From Chitinophaga pinensis (GTDB taxonomy: Bacteria > Bacteroidota > Bacteroidia > NS11-12g > UBA955), in the NCBI GenBank assembly GCA_945888525.1, contig CAMDAF010000009.1:13276-77275 (forward strand): a stretch of DNA of 64,000 nucleotides, read 5' to 3'. Numbering within the stretch: position 1 is the stretch's first letter; every line of letters starts with the position of its first letter. Made by a program: the position numbers and the translations under genes. Below the pieces are notes generated by a model. That model searched no databases and was not told the DNA's origin. It was given only the letters and a program-made list of their open reading frames with translations. Shown piece by piece: positions 30,693 to 40,752 of the stretch.

Positions 30693-31589
30693 TTACTCGT
30701 GTACGAATAAAGTTCTTACTTTATCTGCCAATTTGCGAACTTTAAGCGCATTTAAATTCAACATCACACCTGATAATACCACCGCCATACCTAATAAAAC
30801 GCTTGCTGGGTAAGTGTCATTGAAAAGAAATTTACCCATTATTACACCCCAAAATATTCCAATGTAACTCACGCTAGAAATTCTAGCAGCGGTGTCCATT
30901 TGATAAGCCCGTGTGATGTAGTATTGGCCAATTTGAGTGAATATACCTGTTCCAATGAGGTAAAACCAATCCCAACCCTTTGGGATAACAAATTCTTGAG
31001 GGAAAATTAAAAAATAAATTAAAACTAAGGGCAAAGCGATCATCGGTTGATAAAAGATAATGACATCCGCGTCTTCTTTGTCTTTCATATTGCGAATGGC
31101 ATTGTAAGCCAAGCCAGAAAATACAGCCCCAGCCACACCCATTAAAAAATCGAAGGTGTCTACATTGGCAAAACCTTTAACCATAACGACACCAGAAAAT
31201 GAAATGGCAAATGCAATCCATTGCATGTAGCGCACACGTTCTTTAAGGAAAACCATGGCGATTAAGGTGGTGCAAATTGGACTGAGGTAATGGATGACAA
31301 TGGCATTGGCCAACTGCATGTGTTGTAAGGTGTAGAAATAGCAAATTAAACCACCTGCTCCGAACAAGCCTCTGGCCAAAAGAAATTTGTGGTGCGTTCC
31401 CCAAGGGTAAACTTTTCTTTTCCTCAAAATGGCATAACTGATTATGAGCGTTATTCCAGCTCTAAATAAAATAACTTCAAAAACAGGAATATGACCAATG
31501 CTTTTCACACTGAAGTTCATCCATGCAAAAGCAAAACTTGCTATTAACATGAGCTTAACTCCTGGAGAGAAAAGTTTGTTGAATTGCAT
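30693..31589 (-). CDS. DMT/EamA family transporter
   Basis: About 10 TM helices in two EamA repeats; LFRA, RGLFG, SP.....A..FLKE motifs. Confidence 0.9.
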   Translation of the reverse strand: MQFNKLFSPGVKLMLIASFAFAWMNFSVKSIGHIPVFEVILFRAGITLIISYAILRKRKVYPWGTHHKFLLARGLFGAGGLICYFYTLQHMQLANAIVIHYLSPICTTLIAMVFLKERVRYMQWIAFAISFSGVVMVKGFANVDTFDFLMGVAGAVFSGLAYNAIRNMKDKEDADVIIFYQPMIALPLVLIYFLIFPQEFVIPKGWDWFYLIGTGIFTQIGQYYITRAYQMDTAARISSVSYIGIFWGVIMGKFLFNDTYPASVLLGMAVVLSGVMLNLNALKVRKLADKVRTLFVHE

Positions 31590-32141
31590 TTAAGCTAGAT
31601 TAATCCAGCCCTGGTTGTGGGCATACCTTTGTAATTGGGTTAAGTGGTGTTTTCCATGCCATGCATATAAACCAATTACTTCACCTAGGGAATATTCTTT
31701 CTTGTATTCTGGATGAAAGTATTTTTTGTCAAATTCACTTAGCTCCATTTTTTTAAGTAGATGCAACCATCGCTCATGCAAAGGAATGATTAAAGCACAA
31801 GAAATGAGGGCATCAACTTCTAGGCTGTCAGAAGTATTGGCCCAAGTATTTTGATTGTAGGGTTTGATGGTGGGGATGTCTTCAGTTAAAGCAAGTTTAA
31901 AACGGCTATAGGCTTGCATGTGGCTGTCGGCGATATGGTGCACCGTTTGTCTGAAACTCCATCCGTCTGGTCTGTAACAGTGGAATTGATGCTCTGCTTG
32001 CAAAGACATCATAAATGAGGTTAAGGCTTTGGGGAATTTTGCAATTTCTTCTATGCAAACGGCGAGGTATTCATCTGTTATTTGCTCTGGAGCTATAAAA
32101 GGACCGTTGGCTTTTACGATTTCTTCTTGTGTGTATGTCAT
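31590..32141 (-). CDS. YfiT/BstA-like bacillithiol transferase (DinB superfamily)
   Basis: YRPDGWS.RQTVHHIADSH, RFKLALTED.PTIKPY and YAWHGKHH metal-binding His motifs. Confidence 0.88.
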   Translation of the reverse strand: MTYTQEEIVKANGPFIAPEQITDEYLAVCIEEIAKFPKALTSFMMSLQAEHQFHCYRPDGWSFRQTVHHIADSHMQAYSRFKLALTEDIPTIKPYNQNTWANTSDSLEVDALISCALIIPLHERWLHLLKKMELSEFDKKYFHPEYKKEYSLGEVIGLYAWHGKHHLTQLQRYAHNQGWINLA

Positions 32142-33133
32142 TATCCGAAATTTATTTCTGCGCTATCGCCTAGGTTAAGGCTGTGAACTGTTCCTTGCAA
32201 GGAAGCGTCGTTGCCGATTAGTGAATTGTTCAAAACCGCGTAATTGAGTTCTGCAAAGGGGCCGATTATGGTTTCTTTAATGATTGATGATTCGATTAAT
32301 ACATGTTCACCTATACTCACATTTGGACCAATGATGCTGTTGCTAATTCGGCATCCTTTGTCTATAAAAACAGGAGGGATGATGATGGAGTTTTGAACCG
32401 ATTCAGGATCTACCGCTTCAAAGTTTCCACGTTTTAATAGCAATTGATTGGTCTGCAAAAGGATTTCCTTTTTGCCACAATCAAACCATGACGTTACATT
32501 GTAGGTGTAAAAGTTAATGCCCATAGAAACCATACACATTAAGGCATCTGTAAGGTGAAACTCATTTTGGGTTTTGATGTTGCTGTCTATGATGTTGTCA
32601 AGGCAATGCATCAAATCTTTTGTTTCGTTTATTTTATAAATTCCAACCAGGGCCAAATTCGATTTTGGAATAGCAGGTTTTTCTATAAGTCTTGTGATTT
32701 TATTGTCTTCAGAAACTTCTGCAACGCCAAATTGTCTTGGATCCTCCACTTTTTTCACTCCCAGTAAAGAATTGGGGTCATCGATAATTTCTTTCCAATC
32801 AACTTCGCAGATGGTATCACCAAAAACAATCAGTATTGGGTCGTTGTTGATTTGTTCTTTGGCCAGCCAAATTGCATGTCCTGTGCCCTTTCCAGTTGTT
32901 TGAATAACAAAAGAAGCGTTGATGTTTGGATAAGATTTTGAAATATATTCTTCGATTTTATCGCCTAAATAGCCGATAATAAACACAAAGTCATTGACAC
33001 CAACATCCACCAATTGGTCGATGATATGGGCTAAAATGGGTTTTCCAGCAACTGGAATCAAAGATTTTGGTTGGGTATGGGTATGGGGTCTAAGTCGAGT
33101 CCCAATGCCTGCAACAGGTATCACTGCTTTCAT
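32141..33133 (-). CDS. Sugar-phosphate nucleotidyltransferase with C-terminal left-handed beta-helix
   Basis: MKAVIPVAGIGTRLRPHT...PK, EKP and WFDCG motifs; hexapeptide repeats; TAATTTTG promoter on the minus strand at 33161-33168. Confidence 0.9.
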   Translation of the reverse strand: MKAVIPVAGIGTRLRPHTHTQPKSLIPVAGKPILAHIIDQLVDVGVNDFVFIIGYLGDKIEEYISKSYPNINASFVIQTTGKGTGHAIWLAKEQINNDPILIVFGDTICEVDWKEIIDDPNSLLGVKKVEDPRQFGVAEVSEDNKITRLIEKPAIPKSNLALVGIYKINETKDLMHCLDNIIDSNIKTQNEFHLTDALMCMVSMGINFYTYNVTSWFDCGKKEILLQTNQLLLKRGNFEAVDPESVQNSIIIPPVFIDKGCRISNSIIGPNVSIGEHVLIESSIIKETIIGPFAELNYAVLNNSLIGNDASLQGTVHSLNLGDSAEINFG

Positions 33134-33256
33134 GTGCTGATGTTTCTTAGAATTTGAATTCAAAATTAAGAGGTTTAACATGAATTACAAAGCATAATGG
33201 CTTTTAATATTCTAAATCTGCAATCCAATTTTTTGTGTAAATTTGCAAGATTCATC

Positions 33257-34261
33257 ATGGAAAAAGTAGTAAGTGGTATTAGGCCTACTGGGAAACTGCA
33301 TCTTGGAAATTATTTCGGAGCGGTTAAGAATTTTATTCGTATGCAAAACGAATTTGATGCATTTTTCTTTATTGCAGATTACCATTCTTTAACCACCCAT
33401 CCAACGCCGGCCGATTTGCATAGCTCAGTTAAGCGTGTTTTGGCGGAATACATTGCCTTGGGTTTAGATCCTGAAAAATGCACCTTGTATTTGCAAAGTG
33501 ACCTTCCGCAAACGGCCGAATTGTATATGTTTTTAAACATGAATGCTTATTTGGGTGAATTGCAGCGCTTAACTTCTTTTAAAGATAAAATACGAGACCA
33601 AGCAGACAATGTAAATGCGGGTTTATTAACCTATCCTGTTTTAATGGCTGCTGATATTTTATTGCACAAAGGATTGAAAGTGCCAGTTGGGAAAGACCAA
33701 GAGCAACACCTTGAGATGGCCAGAACATTTGGAAACCGATTTAACCGCTTATACAATGTTGAATACTTCCCTGAGCCGCAAGCCTTTAATTACAACCAAA
33801 ATTTGGTTAAAGTTCCTGGTTTAACTGGGCAAGGAAAAATGAGCAAAAGTGCTGGAGAAGCTGATTCTATATACATGAGCGATTCAGAAGAAGTAATGCG
33901 AAAAAAAGTCATGAAGGCCGTTACAGCTAGCGTTGATGGTCCTACAGAGCCAGGTTCTCCGAAACCTTTGCCCATTCAGAATTTATTCGATTTGATGGAT
34001 TTGGTTTGCTCAAGTGATGTAATAGCTAAGTTTGAAGCCGATTATTATGAAGGAAGTATACGTTTTGGCGATTTGAAAAAACAACTGGCCGATGATATGA
34101 ATAATTTTTTGGATCCCTTTAGGAGCAGAATCAATGATGTTTTAGCTGACGAAGCATTGTTGAGTAAGGTTGCAAAATTAGGCGCGGAAAAAGCCTCAGA
34201 AAGCGCCAATAAAACCATCTCTGAGGTCAGGGAAATTATTGGTTTTAAACGGTTTTATTAA
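33257..34261 (+). CDS. trpS: Tryptophan--tRNA ligase
   Basis: SGIRPTGKLHLGNY (HIGH), YPVLMAADIL, VPVGKDQ.QH and KMSKS motifs; TAAATTTG promoter at 33238-33245. Confidence 0.97.
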   Translation: MEKVVSGIRPTGKLHLGNYFGAVKNFIRMQNEFDAFFFIADYHSLTTHPTPADLHSSVKRVLAEYIALGLDPEKCTLYLQSDLPQTAELYMFLNMNAYLGELQRLTSFKDKIRDQADNVNAGLLTYPVLMAADILLHKGLKVPVGKDQEQHLEMARTFGNRFNRLYNVEYFPEPQAFNYNQNLVKVPGLTGQGKMSKSAGEADSIYMSDSEEVMRKKVMKAVTASVDGPTEPGSPKPLPIQNLFDLMDLVCSSDVIAKFEADYYEGSIRFGDLKKQLADDMNNFLDPFRSRINDVLADEALLSKVAKLGAEKASESANKTISEVREIIGFKRFY

Positions 34262-34268
34262 ACGCTAG

Positions 34269-34763
34269 ATGCTGCTGCTACACTACTTAAGACAGTGCCG
34301 TAAATCCAGTTTTGGTTTTTTCGTGTTTGTGCTTATTGTTTTTGTGGTTTATGCCGTTCAATTGGTTTTAAAAACTGAAATAACGCCACTTGGCTATTTT
34401 TCTTTGTACAGCAATTCAACCCCTAAGTTGGATGCCTATACCCAAATACTTCCTAGTGTAGGAGAAGATAATATTCCTGTAGACATTTATCAGTTGCCGG
34501 GTACTGGTTTTATTATGATGGAGATTTTGCCAACGCGTTACCAAATATTAAAAGGTTCAGAGCATTGCAATCAAATGAACCATAAGTTAAAGCGCATTGG
34601 TTTGAGCGACAACAATGCCTGCGATTGTGAAAAATTAAAACAGTTTACCACTTGGTATAAACTGTATGCCAAACGCCAAGGCATCGAGTTGTCGGAACAA
34701 TATAAAATTAAAGAGTTTGGCTTCTTAAATGGAAAAATTATAAGCGTCCATGATGTTCAATAA
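34269..34763 (+). CDS. Hypothetical membrane-anchored protein (possible SdpA-like partner of the downstream HTTM protein)
   Basis: One N-terminal TM helix, then EITPLGYFSLYS; overlaps the next gene. Confidence 0.55.
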   Translation: MLLLHYLRQCRKSSFGFFVFVLIVFVVYAVQLVLKTEITPLGYFSLYSNSTPKLDAYTQILPSVGEDNIPVDIYQLPGTGFIMMEILPTRYQILKGSEHCNQMNHKLKRIGLSDNNACDCEKLKQFTTWYKLYAKRQGIELSEQYKIKEFGFLNGKIISVHDVQ

Positions 34764-35571
34764 CCTGCAGAATTTATGGTTTTGGAAACGCTTGGTTTTA
34801 GCGTCAGTGTTTTTCTATTTTATATGGTTGTGGTACTCGGGTTTGATGCTGCAAAATATTTATGATTCTCCATTTCAATACAAAGGTGCTGATATTACAT
34901 TTTGGCTTTTACATTGGTCGCATTTGCCAAAATTGATTTTGTACAATGGCATCAGTTCAATGTTGTTTTCCTGTGCTTTGATTGGGTTTTTGTTGGCATC
35001 ATTTTTTTTTATTGAAAAGAGATTTTTAACGGTCATTGCAGGTGTGTTTTTGTTGCTGTATCAATTGTTGTTCAATTATAAACTGGGCTATCACACGCAC
35101 CATTTGTATGGCTTGCATTTTGCCCTTTTGCCTTTTTATTTTAAAAAAGAGAACTTTTATTTAAGTGCAAACTTTGCAAGAATTATGGTTTGTGTCACCT
35201 ATTTCTTTGCAGGATTTTTTAAGCTAATTGGCAAAGGGTATTTATCATTAGACAGTTTTTCAAATACATTGCAAAACCAGCATTCTGCATATTTTTATTT
35301 TCATTCTGATGCCTTGAGGTCACAATTTGCATTTTGGATGATTAGGCATCCAAACATTGCTTGGAGTTTCTTTTTTCTGGCAATGCTTATGCAATTGAGT
35401 TTTGTTTTGGGTCTAATGAGCAAAAGGTTTGACCACCTTTTGTTTTTGTTTTTATTGCTTTTTCATGTAATGGATTGGTTTTTAATGAATTTGGGGATAT
35501 TCATGGGCATGTGCATTATGTCTTATTTGTTGCTTTTGCCAAAATCATTTTTTAAAGACTTAAATCATTGA
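34750..35571 (+). CDS. HTTM-like polytopic membrane protein
   Basis: About 7-8 TM helices; YHTHH loop; YFFAGFFKL motif; LLFHV.....MNLG.F motif. Confidence 0.6.
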   Translation: MMFNNLQNLWFWKRLVLASVFFYFIWLWYSGLMLQNIYDSPFQYKGADITFWLLHWSHLPKLILYNGISSMLFSCALIGFLLASFFFIEKRFLTVIAGVFLLLYQLLFNYKLGYHTHHLYGLHFALLPFYFKKENFYLSANFARIMVCVTYFFAGFFKLIGKGYLSLDSFSNTLQNQHSAYFYFHSDALRSQFAFWMIRHPNIAWSFFFLAMLMQLSFVLGLMSKRFDHLLFLFLLLFHVMDWFLMNLGIFMGMCIMSYLLLLPKSFFKDLNH

Positions 35572-35709
35572 AGTACAAATTTTTTTCATTCCTATTAATC
35601 CATTTTTTTTAAGTTTTAATAATGGAATGATGCTGAATTTTTGTATTCTTTCCACATTTTGCAAAAATCCTAAGTACTTATAGAATAATTTCAATATGTT
35701 TGCACTCAA

Positions 35710-36348
35710 ATGAGCAAAACAAAAAATAAAGTAATGCACATTGCTGTGGCAGGAAACATTGGCAGTGGTAAAACAACGCTGGCAAATATGCTATCAAAGC
35801 ACTATGGTTGGGAAATTCAATTAGAGGACAATGATGACAATCCCTACATTAGCGATTTTTACGAAGACATGCAAAGATGGAGCTTCAACCTACAAGTGTA
35901 TTTTTTAAATGTACGTTACAAAAACATTAAAAAAATAAGAGAGAACGGCAAGCCAGTGATCCAAGACAGAACCATTTATGAAGATGCAAATATTTTTGCA
36001 CCCAACCTGCATGCCATGGGTTTGATGAGTACTAGAGATTTTGAAAATTACACTTCTTTGTTTACTTCATTAAACGATATGATACAGCCACCTGATTTGT
36101 TGATCTATTTAAGAGGAACAATTCCTACACTGGTAAAACAAATTCAGCAAAGGGGCAGAGATTATGAAGACAGCATCCGTTTGGATTATTTGAAACGTTT
36201 GAATGAACGCTATGAAGCATGGATTTCAACCTACAATTTAGGAAAATTGGTTATTTTGAATATCGATGAATTGGACTTTGAGAATGACCCTAACGATGCC
36301 AATTTTGTGATCAATAAAATTGAAGCTGAGTTAAACGGTCTGTTCTAA
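35710..36348 (+). CDS. Deoxynucleoside kinase (dCK/dGK family)
   Basis: P-loop AGNIGSGKTT; QDRTIYED, PDLLIYL and RGRDYE motifs; TATGTTTG promoter at 35695-35702. Confidence 0.93.
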   Translation: MSKTKNKVMHIAVAGNIGSGKTTLANMLSKHYGWEIQLEDNDDNPYISDFYEDMQRWSFNLQVYFLNVRYKNIKKIRENGKPVIQDRTIYEDANIFAPNLHAMGLMSTRDFENYTSLFTSLNDMIQPPDLLIYLRGTIPTLVKQIQQRGRDYEDSIRLDYLKRLNERYEAWISTYNLGKLVILNIDELDFENDPNDANFVINKIEAELNGLF

Positions 36349-36369
36349 ACAAAGATCGAAAATACTTTT

Positions 36370-36396
36370 AAAGCCTAGATTTTTCTAGGCTTTTTT
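36370..36396 (+). terminator. Intrinsic terminator
   Basis: AAAGCCTAGA-TTTT-TCTAGGCTTT followed by a T run. Confidence 0.75.
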
Positions 36397-36454
36397 ATTT
36401 CGCTTCCTTTTTTGTCAACTGCTCCGACGTTATCCGCAGACCAAAAAATAAACA

Positions 36455-37834
36455 TTAAGCGTCGTAACTTAGTTTTTTGTGATTCCTTTTTAAATACGTA
36501 CATAGAATCTGCTGTATGTCGCGGTTGTGCGGGTAGCTTTTGATTTGCTCGCGCAATTGCAATGGTTCTGGCTCTGAAATAGAAATATCGGTGTATCCAA
36601 ATCCTTTGTATTGGCCTTTTTCAATGCATATTATTGAACGCTCCTCCACAGCCCGTCCTTTGCCAACTATAAAGAAACTTTCTAAATGAAAACTATAGCG
36701 CTTTATGGCTTCAATGGCCCTTTCATTGTATAATTCAGGTGCTTCAGAGCCACTGCAGGCACCTTTACATTTGTGTAAATGAAAATGAAAACAAGGGCCA
36801 GGCATTTGGTGTAAATCGCATTTAGATTGGCAGAGTTGATGGTGTTCAACCATGCGGTGTAAAACATCTTTGGCGGCCGACATGCTGTCTGCGGTGCTCA
36901 ATGGTTCGTCACCTTCTTTTAATTTCCGTATGCTGAATTGTATGTAACCATATTGGTCGTATTGGTTAAATATTCCAAAAAAAGGCACTGCACGCGCTTT
37001 TTTCTGTAAAACATTGTAAATAGGTTTTAGATTTTTAATTTCATCGGATTCCAACAAAAGGGCTACCAATTCATCGCCTGTTACTTCATAACTGATATCG
37101 GCAATTTCTGTTTTCATTTGCAAAGACTTTTTGCTGTCTTTGGTACTAAGCATAAAATGTTGCAATAGACGTTTTTTGATATCCAATGCTTTACCAACAT
37201 AAATGACATGGCCACCTGAATTGTGAAAATAATACACACCGGTTAAGCCCTCTGGAATGGTTTCTAGGGTTGATTCTTTGAGAAGAGGAGGTATAGACGT
37301 TTTTTTGCTTTCATCAGCCACCCAGTCTTGCTCAGGTATGCCTTTTTTAACGATTATTCTACTCAATAAAATGGCGGTGGCTTCGGCATCTCCCAAGGCT
37401 CTATGTCTGTCTTTTATTTGTATGTCTAGTGTTTCGCATAAACGGCCAAGACTATAGGACGGCAAGCCTTTAAAAGCAGCTCTAGCCATTCGCACCGTGC
37501 ACAAAGTTTTACGTTGGTATAAAAACCCTAGGTCTCTGAATGCTGCTTTGACAAAACCATAATCAAATCGGACGTTATGCGCAACAAAGACTGCGTTTTC
37601 GGTAAATTGAATAATTTGTTTTGCTACTTCATAAAATTTTGGCGCATTGGCCACCATCTCATTGTCTATGCCAGTTATGCGCTGAATTTCTAGAGGTATT
37701 CTGCATTCAGGATTAATCAAAGTGCTAAAGCGGTCTACCACTTTTTCTCCATCGTGCAAGAGTATTGCAATTTCGGTAATGCGGTCTCTTTCTGGCCTTC
37801 CTCCTGTGGTTTCAATGTCAATAACCGCAAACAT
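36455..37834 (-). CDS. DEDDh 3'-5' exonuclease (DnaQ-like) fused to GIY-YIG nuclease (UvrC/Cho-like)
   Basis: FAVIDIETTG, AHNVRFD and HRALGDA; then GVYYF...IYVGKA.DIKKRL.QHF and ALLLES.EIK..KP.YN. Confidence 0.9.
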   Translation of the reverse strand: MFAVIDIETTGGRPERDRITEIAILLHDGEKVVDRFSTLINPECRIPLEIQRITGIDNEMVANAPKFYEVAKQIIQFTENAVFVAHNVRFDYGFVKAAFRDLGFLYQRKTLCTVRMARAAFKGLPSYSLGRLCETLDIQIKDRHRALGDAEATAILLSRIIVKKGIPEQDWVADESKKTSIPPLLKESTLETIPEGLTGVYYFHNSGGHVIYVGKALDIKKRLLQHFMLSTKDSKKSLQMKTEIADISYEVTGDELVALLLESDEIKNLKPIYNVLQKKARAVPFFGIFNQYDQYGYIQFSIRKLKEGDEPLSTADSMSAAKDVLHRMVEHHQLCQSKCDLHQMPGPCFHFHLHKCKGACSGSEAPELYNERAIEAIKRYSFHLESFFIVGKGRAVEERSIICIEKGQYKGFGYTDISISEPEPLQLREQIKSYPHNRDIQQILCTYLKRNHKKLSYDA

Positions 37835-37991
37835 AAATTGGATGGGAAAACTACGAATTTTTTTTCTGTTTTTGTCCATAAAAATCTTAAACGCTTATTG
37901 TCGGTTATATACGGGTTTTAAATGCTTAATATTTGCTGTGTAATTTTTCTCGTTGCATCTTTGAATTACATTTTTATAAAACATAAAATTT

Positions 37992-38336
37992 ATGAATTCA
38001 TTACGCAATCGTGTGGTCCTTATTGGCCACCTAGGATCAAGTCCAGAATCTAAAACCTTAGAAAGTGGCAAATCGTTAACCCGTTTTTCTTTAGCAACAA
38101 CGGAGTCTTACAAAAACGAAAAAGGCGAAAAAATCAGTGAAACCCAATGGCACAATCTTGTGGCTTGGGGCAAAGTTGCTGAAATTGCTTCCAAGTTTTT
38201 AGACAAAGGTAAAGAAGTTGCTGTCGAAGGTAAATTGGTTAGCCGCAACTACAGCGACAAAGAAGGCATTAAGCGTTACATCACTGAAATTGTGGTGAAC
38301 GACTTGTTGCTTATTGGCTCTAGAAGCAAAGACTAA
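37992..38336 (+). CDS. ssb: Single-stranded DNA-binding protein (short form without acidic tail)
   Basis: NRVVLIGHLG, FSLATTE, TQWHNLVAW, KGKEVAVEGKL and RYITEIV motifs. Confidence 0.93.
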   Translation: MNSLRNRVVLIGHLGSSPESKTLESGKSLTRFSLATTESYKNEKGEKISETQWHNLVAWGKVAEIASKFLDKGKEVAVEGKLVSRNYSDKEGIKRYITEIVVNDLLLIGSRSKD

Positions 38337-38364
38337 TTATTGGTCTTAGGCTTTTTGTTGATTG

Positions 38365-38394
38365 AAAAATCCCGGTTTTTGCCGGGATTTTTTT
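38365..38394 (+). terminator. Intrinsic terminator of ssb
   Basis: AAAAATCCCGG-N6-CCGGGATTTTT followed by more T. Confidence 0.8.
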
Positions 38395-38462
38395 GTTTTG
38401 CACAGTCTATTCTCTTTAAGTAATTTTAAATTTAAAAGGTTAATTTTGTTGCTTAATATTTT

Positions 38463-40376
38463 ATGATTTCACGCCAATCCGTAGACGCAGTTATTCACGC
38501 CGCCCAAATTGATGAAGTGGTTGGCGATTATATTGCGCTTAAAAAACGTGGATCTAACCTGCTCGGTCGCTGTCCTTTCCACGACGAAAAAACTCCTTCT
38601 TTTACCGTTTCCCCTACCAAAGGAATTTATAAATGTTTTGGCTGTGGCAAAGCGGGTAACTCGGTTTCGTTTTTAATGGAACACGACAGCCTTTCATTTT
38701 CTGATGCCATTCGCAAATTGGCCGTCAAATACAACATCGTGCTCGAGGAGGATACCATTGTTAACCGCGAAGAATACAACGAACAACAGAAAAAAAGAGA
38801 GAGCTTGCTTGTTGCTCTTGAGTTTGCTAAAAATTATTTTAAAGACCAATTGCTCTCCGATGAGGGAAAAAGGGTAGGCGATTCATACTTCAGAGAACGT
38901 GGTTTTACCAAACAAACCATGGATGAGTTTGAACTCGGATACTCACCGCAGGGATGGGAAAGTTTGGTCGACGAAGCCAAGAGGAACCAATTCAACCTCG
39001 ATTATTTCGTTGAAGCGGGTCTGATCAAAAAGAAGGAAGATGGAAACTATTTTGACATGTTCCGTCACCGTGTTATTTTCCCAATCCACGACCTAACGGG
39101 AAAAGTGATTGCCTTCGGTGGAAGACAATTGGTGAAGGATGACCGATCACCTAAATACCTCAATTCTCCAGAAACAGAAGTTTACCACAAAAGCAATGTT
39201 TTATACGGTGTTTTTCAATCGAAGAAACACATTAAAAATCTGAACAATTGTTACCTGGTAGAAGGCTATACCGATGTTACCACCCTGCACCAAGGAGACG
39301 TTAAAAATGTTGTGGCCTCCTCTGGAACCTCTCTTACTGAGGGTCAAATAAAATTAATCAAACGATTCACCGACAACGTTACCGTTTTGTACGATGGAGA
39401 TGCTGCTGGTATCAAAGCTTCATTAAGGGGTATTGACCTTTTGTTAGAGCAAGGTCTTAATGTTCGCTGCGTTAGTTTTCCAGAGGGCGAAGACCCTGAT
39501 TCTTACTGCAAGAAACTCGGCTCAGTTGACTTTAAAGTCTATATTGAAAAAGAGCAAAAGGATTTTATCTTATTCAAAACCGATTTGTTGATGCAAGGTG
39601 TGGGCAACGACCCAATCCGAAAAACCGAAGTGGTAAAGAATCTTCTGCATAGTATTGCCCTAATTCCCGATGCGCTCAAACGTTCGGCCTATGCGCGAGA
39701 ATGTAGCCGATTGATGGATGCAGATGAAAAATTGCTATTGGTAGAAATCAATAGGTTTCGCAAAGGCAAATCGGCCGTCGACAAGCAAGTGATTTCAGCC
39801 GAAATTCAAGAAATCTTGCACACCCAAACCGAATTGCCAAAGCAAGAGGTATACAGCAGCAGCAATGAACAAGAACTAAACTTGGTGCGCTTGTTGATGC
39901 AAAGCGGGCACAAAAAATTTATGGAAGATGCCACCGTCGCCGATTTTATTTTCAAAGAATTAAAAGACGACGATGCCCTTCAAATTGAAAATCCTTTGTA
40001 CCAAAAAGTGCTCAATGAGGTAACCATTCAAATGGAAAAGGAACTGGTCTTTGATGAACAGTTTTTTATCAACCACGAGGATGGGGATATACGCAAAATG
40101 GCCGCTGATTTTATGACCGAACGCCACGAGCTCAGTGAAACATGGCTCAACAATGGCCTATTGATTAAAACGGAAAAGGAAAACTATGTCAACGACCTGC
40201 AATCGCTGTTTTTATTCTTAAAAAAACACAAATTGGAAAAACTCATTAAAGCCAATTTGGATGAATTGGGCTCTGCCACTGAAGACCATCAAAAACAATC
40301 TTTGCTGCATTACCACATGCAACTCATAGAGGTGCGCAATGCCATTGCCGAGATATTGGGTACCATAATGAATTAA
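38463..40376 (+). CDS. dnaG: DNA primase
   Basis: Zn finger CPFHDEKTPSF...CFGC; FGGR, KYLNSPET, TOPRIM VEGYTD and DGDAAG motifs; TAATTTTG promoter at 38441-38448. Confidence 0.97.
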   Translation: MISRQSVDAVIHAAQIDEVVGDYIALKKRGSNLLGRCPFHDEKTPSFTVSPTKGIYKCFGCGKAGNSVSFLMEHDSLSFSDAIRKLAVKYNIVLEEDTIVNREEYNEQQKKRESLLVALEFAKNYFKDQLLSDEGKRVGDSYFRERGFTKQTMDEFELGYSPQGWESLVDEAKRNQFNLDYFVEAGLIKKKEDGNYFDMFRHRVIFPIHDLTGKVIAFGGRQLVKDDRSPKYLNSPETEVYHKSNVLYGVFQSKKHIKNLNNCYLVEGYTDVTTLHQGDVKNVVASSGTSLTEGQIKLIKRFTDNVTVLYDGDAAGIKASLRGIDLLLEQGLNVRCVSFPEGEDPDSYCKKLGSVDFKVYIEKEQKDFILFKTDLLMQGVGNDPIRKTEVVKNLLHSIALIPDALKRSAYARECSRLMDADEKLLLVEINRFRKGKSAVDKQVISAEIQEILHTQTELPKQEVYSSSNEQELNLVRLLMQSGHKKFMEDATVADFIFKELKDDDALQIENPLYQKVLNEVTIQMEKELVFDEQFFINHEDGDIRKMAADFMTERHELSETWLNNGLLIKTEKENYVNDLQSLFLFLKKHKLEKLIKANLDELGSATEDHQKQSLLHYHMQLIEVRNAIAEILGTIMN

Positions 40377-40663
40377 CTCCCCGACTTTTTTCTCAAGGCT
40401 TTTTCACATTGCCTTTCCCATATCAAAACTGATAAGCATTTTGCGATTTCTCGGTTCTGTTTGCCAAAACATTCTTTTGCCTTGCTTTCATACACATCTA
40501 TGCGGTAAAGCAAGTTGACCAATTTGTCGAAGTCGTGGTTTAAAAGCTCAAAGACCTTCTCTTCCAACCATTCTTTAAGGCTGTAAACATCCATGTGCTC
40601 TGGCTCTGCGCCAAAGAGCTGCAGGGTGTGTTCAATGGCAAAATTTTCCAATTCATTGTTCAT
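40373..40663 (-). CDS. Small hypothetical protein
   Basis: Start MNNELENF lies just downstream of TACCTTTG (40671-40678, minus strand); LLNHDFDKLVNLLYRIDV helix; its stop overlaps the dnaG stop. Confidence 0.7.
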   Translation of the reverse strand: MNNELENFAIEHTLQLFGAEPEHMDVYSLKEWLEEKVFELLNHDFDKLVNLLYRIDVYESKAKECFGKQNREIAKCLSVLIWERQCEKALRKKSGS

Positions 40664-40752
40664 AGCTACACAAAGGTAAAGGCTTTCATACGCAAAATCA
40701 TTGTTTGTAGAATTGATATAAATCACTGAAATTGCAATCTTTCATCAGGCTT

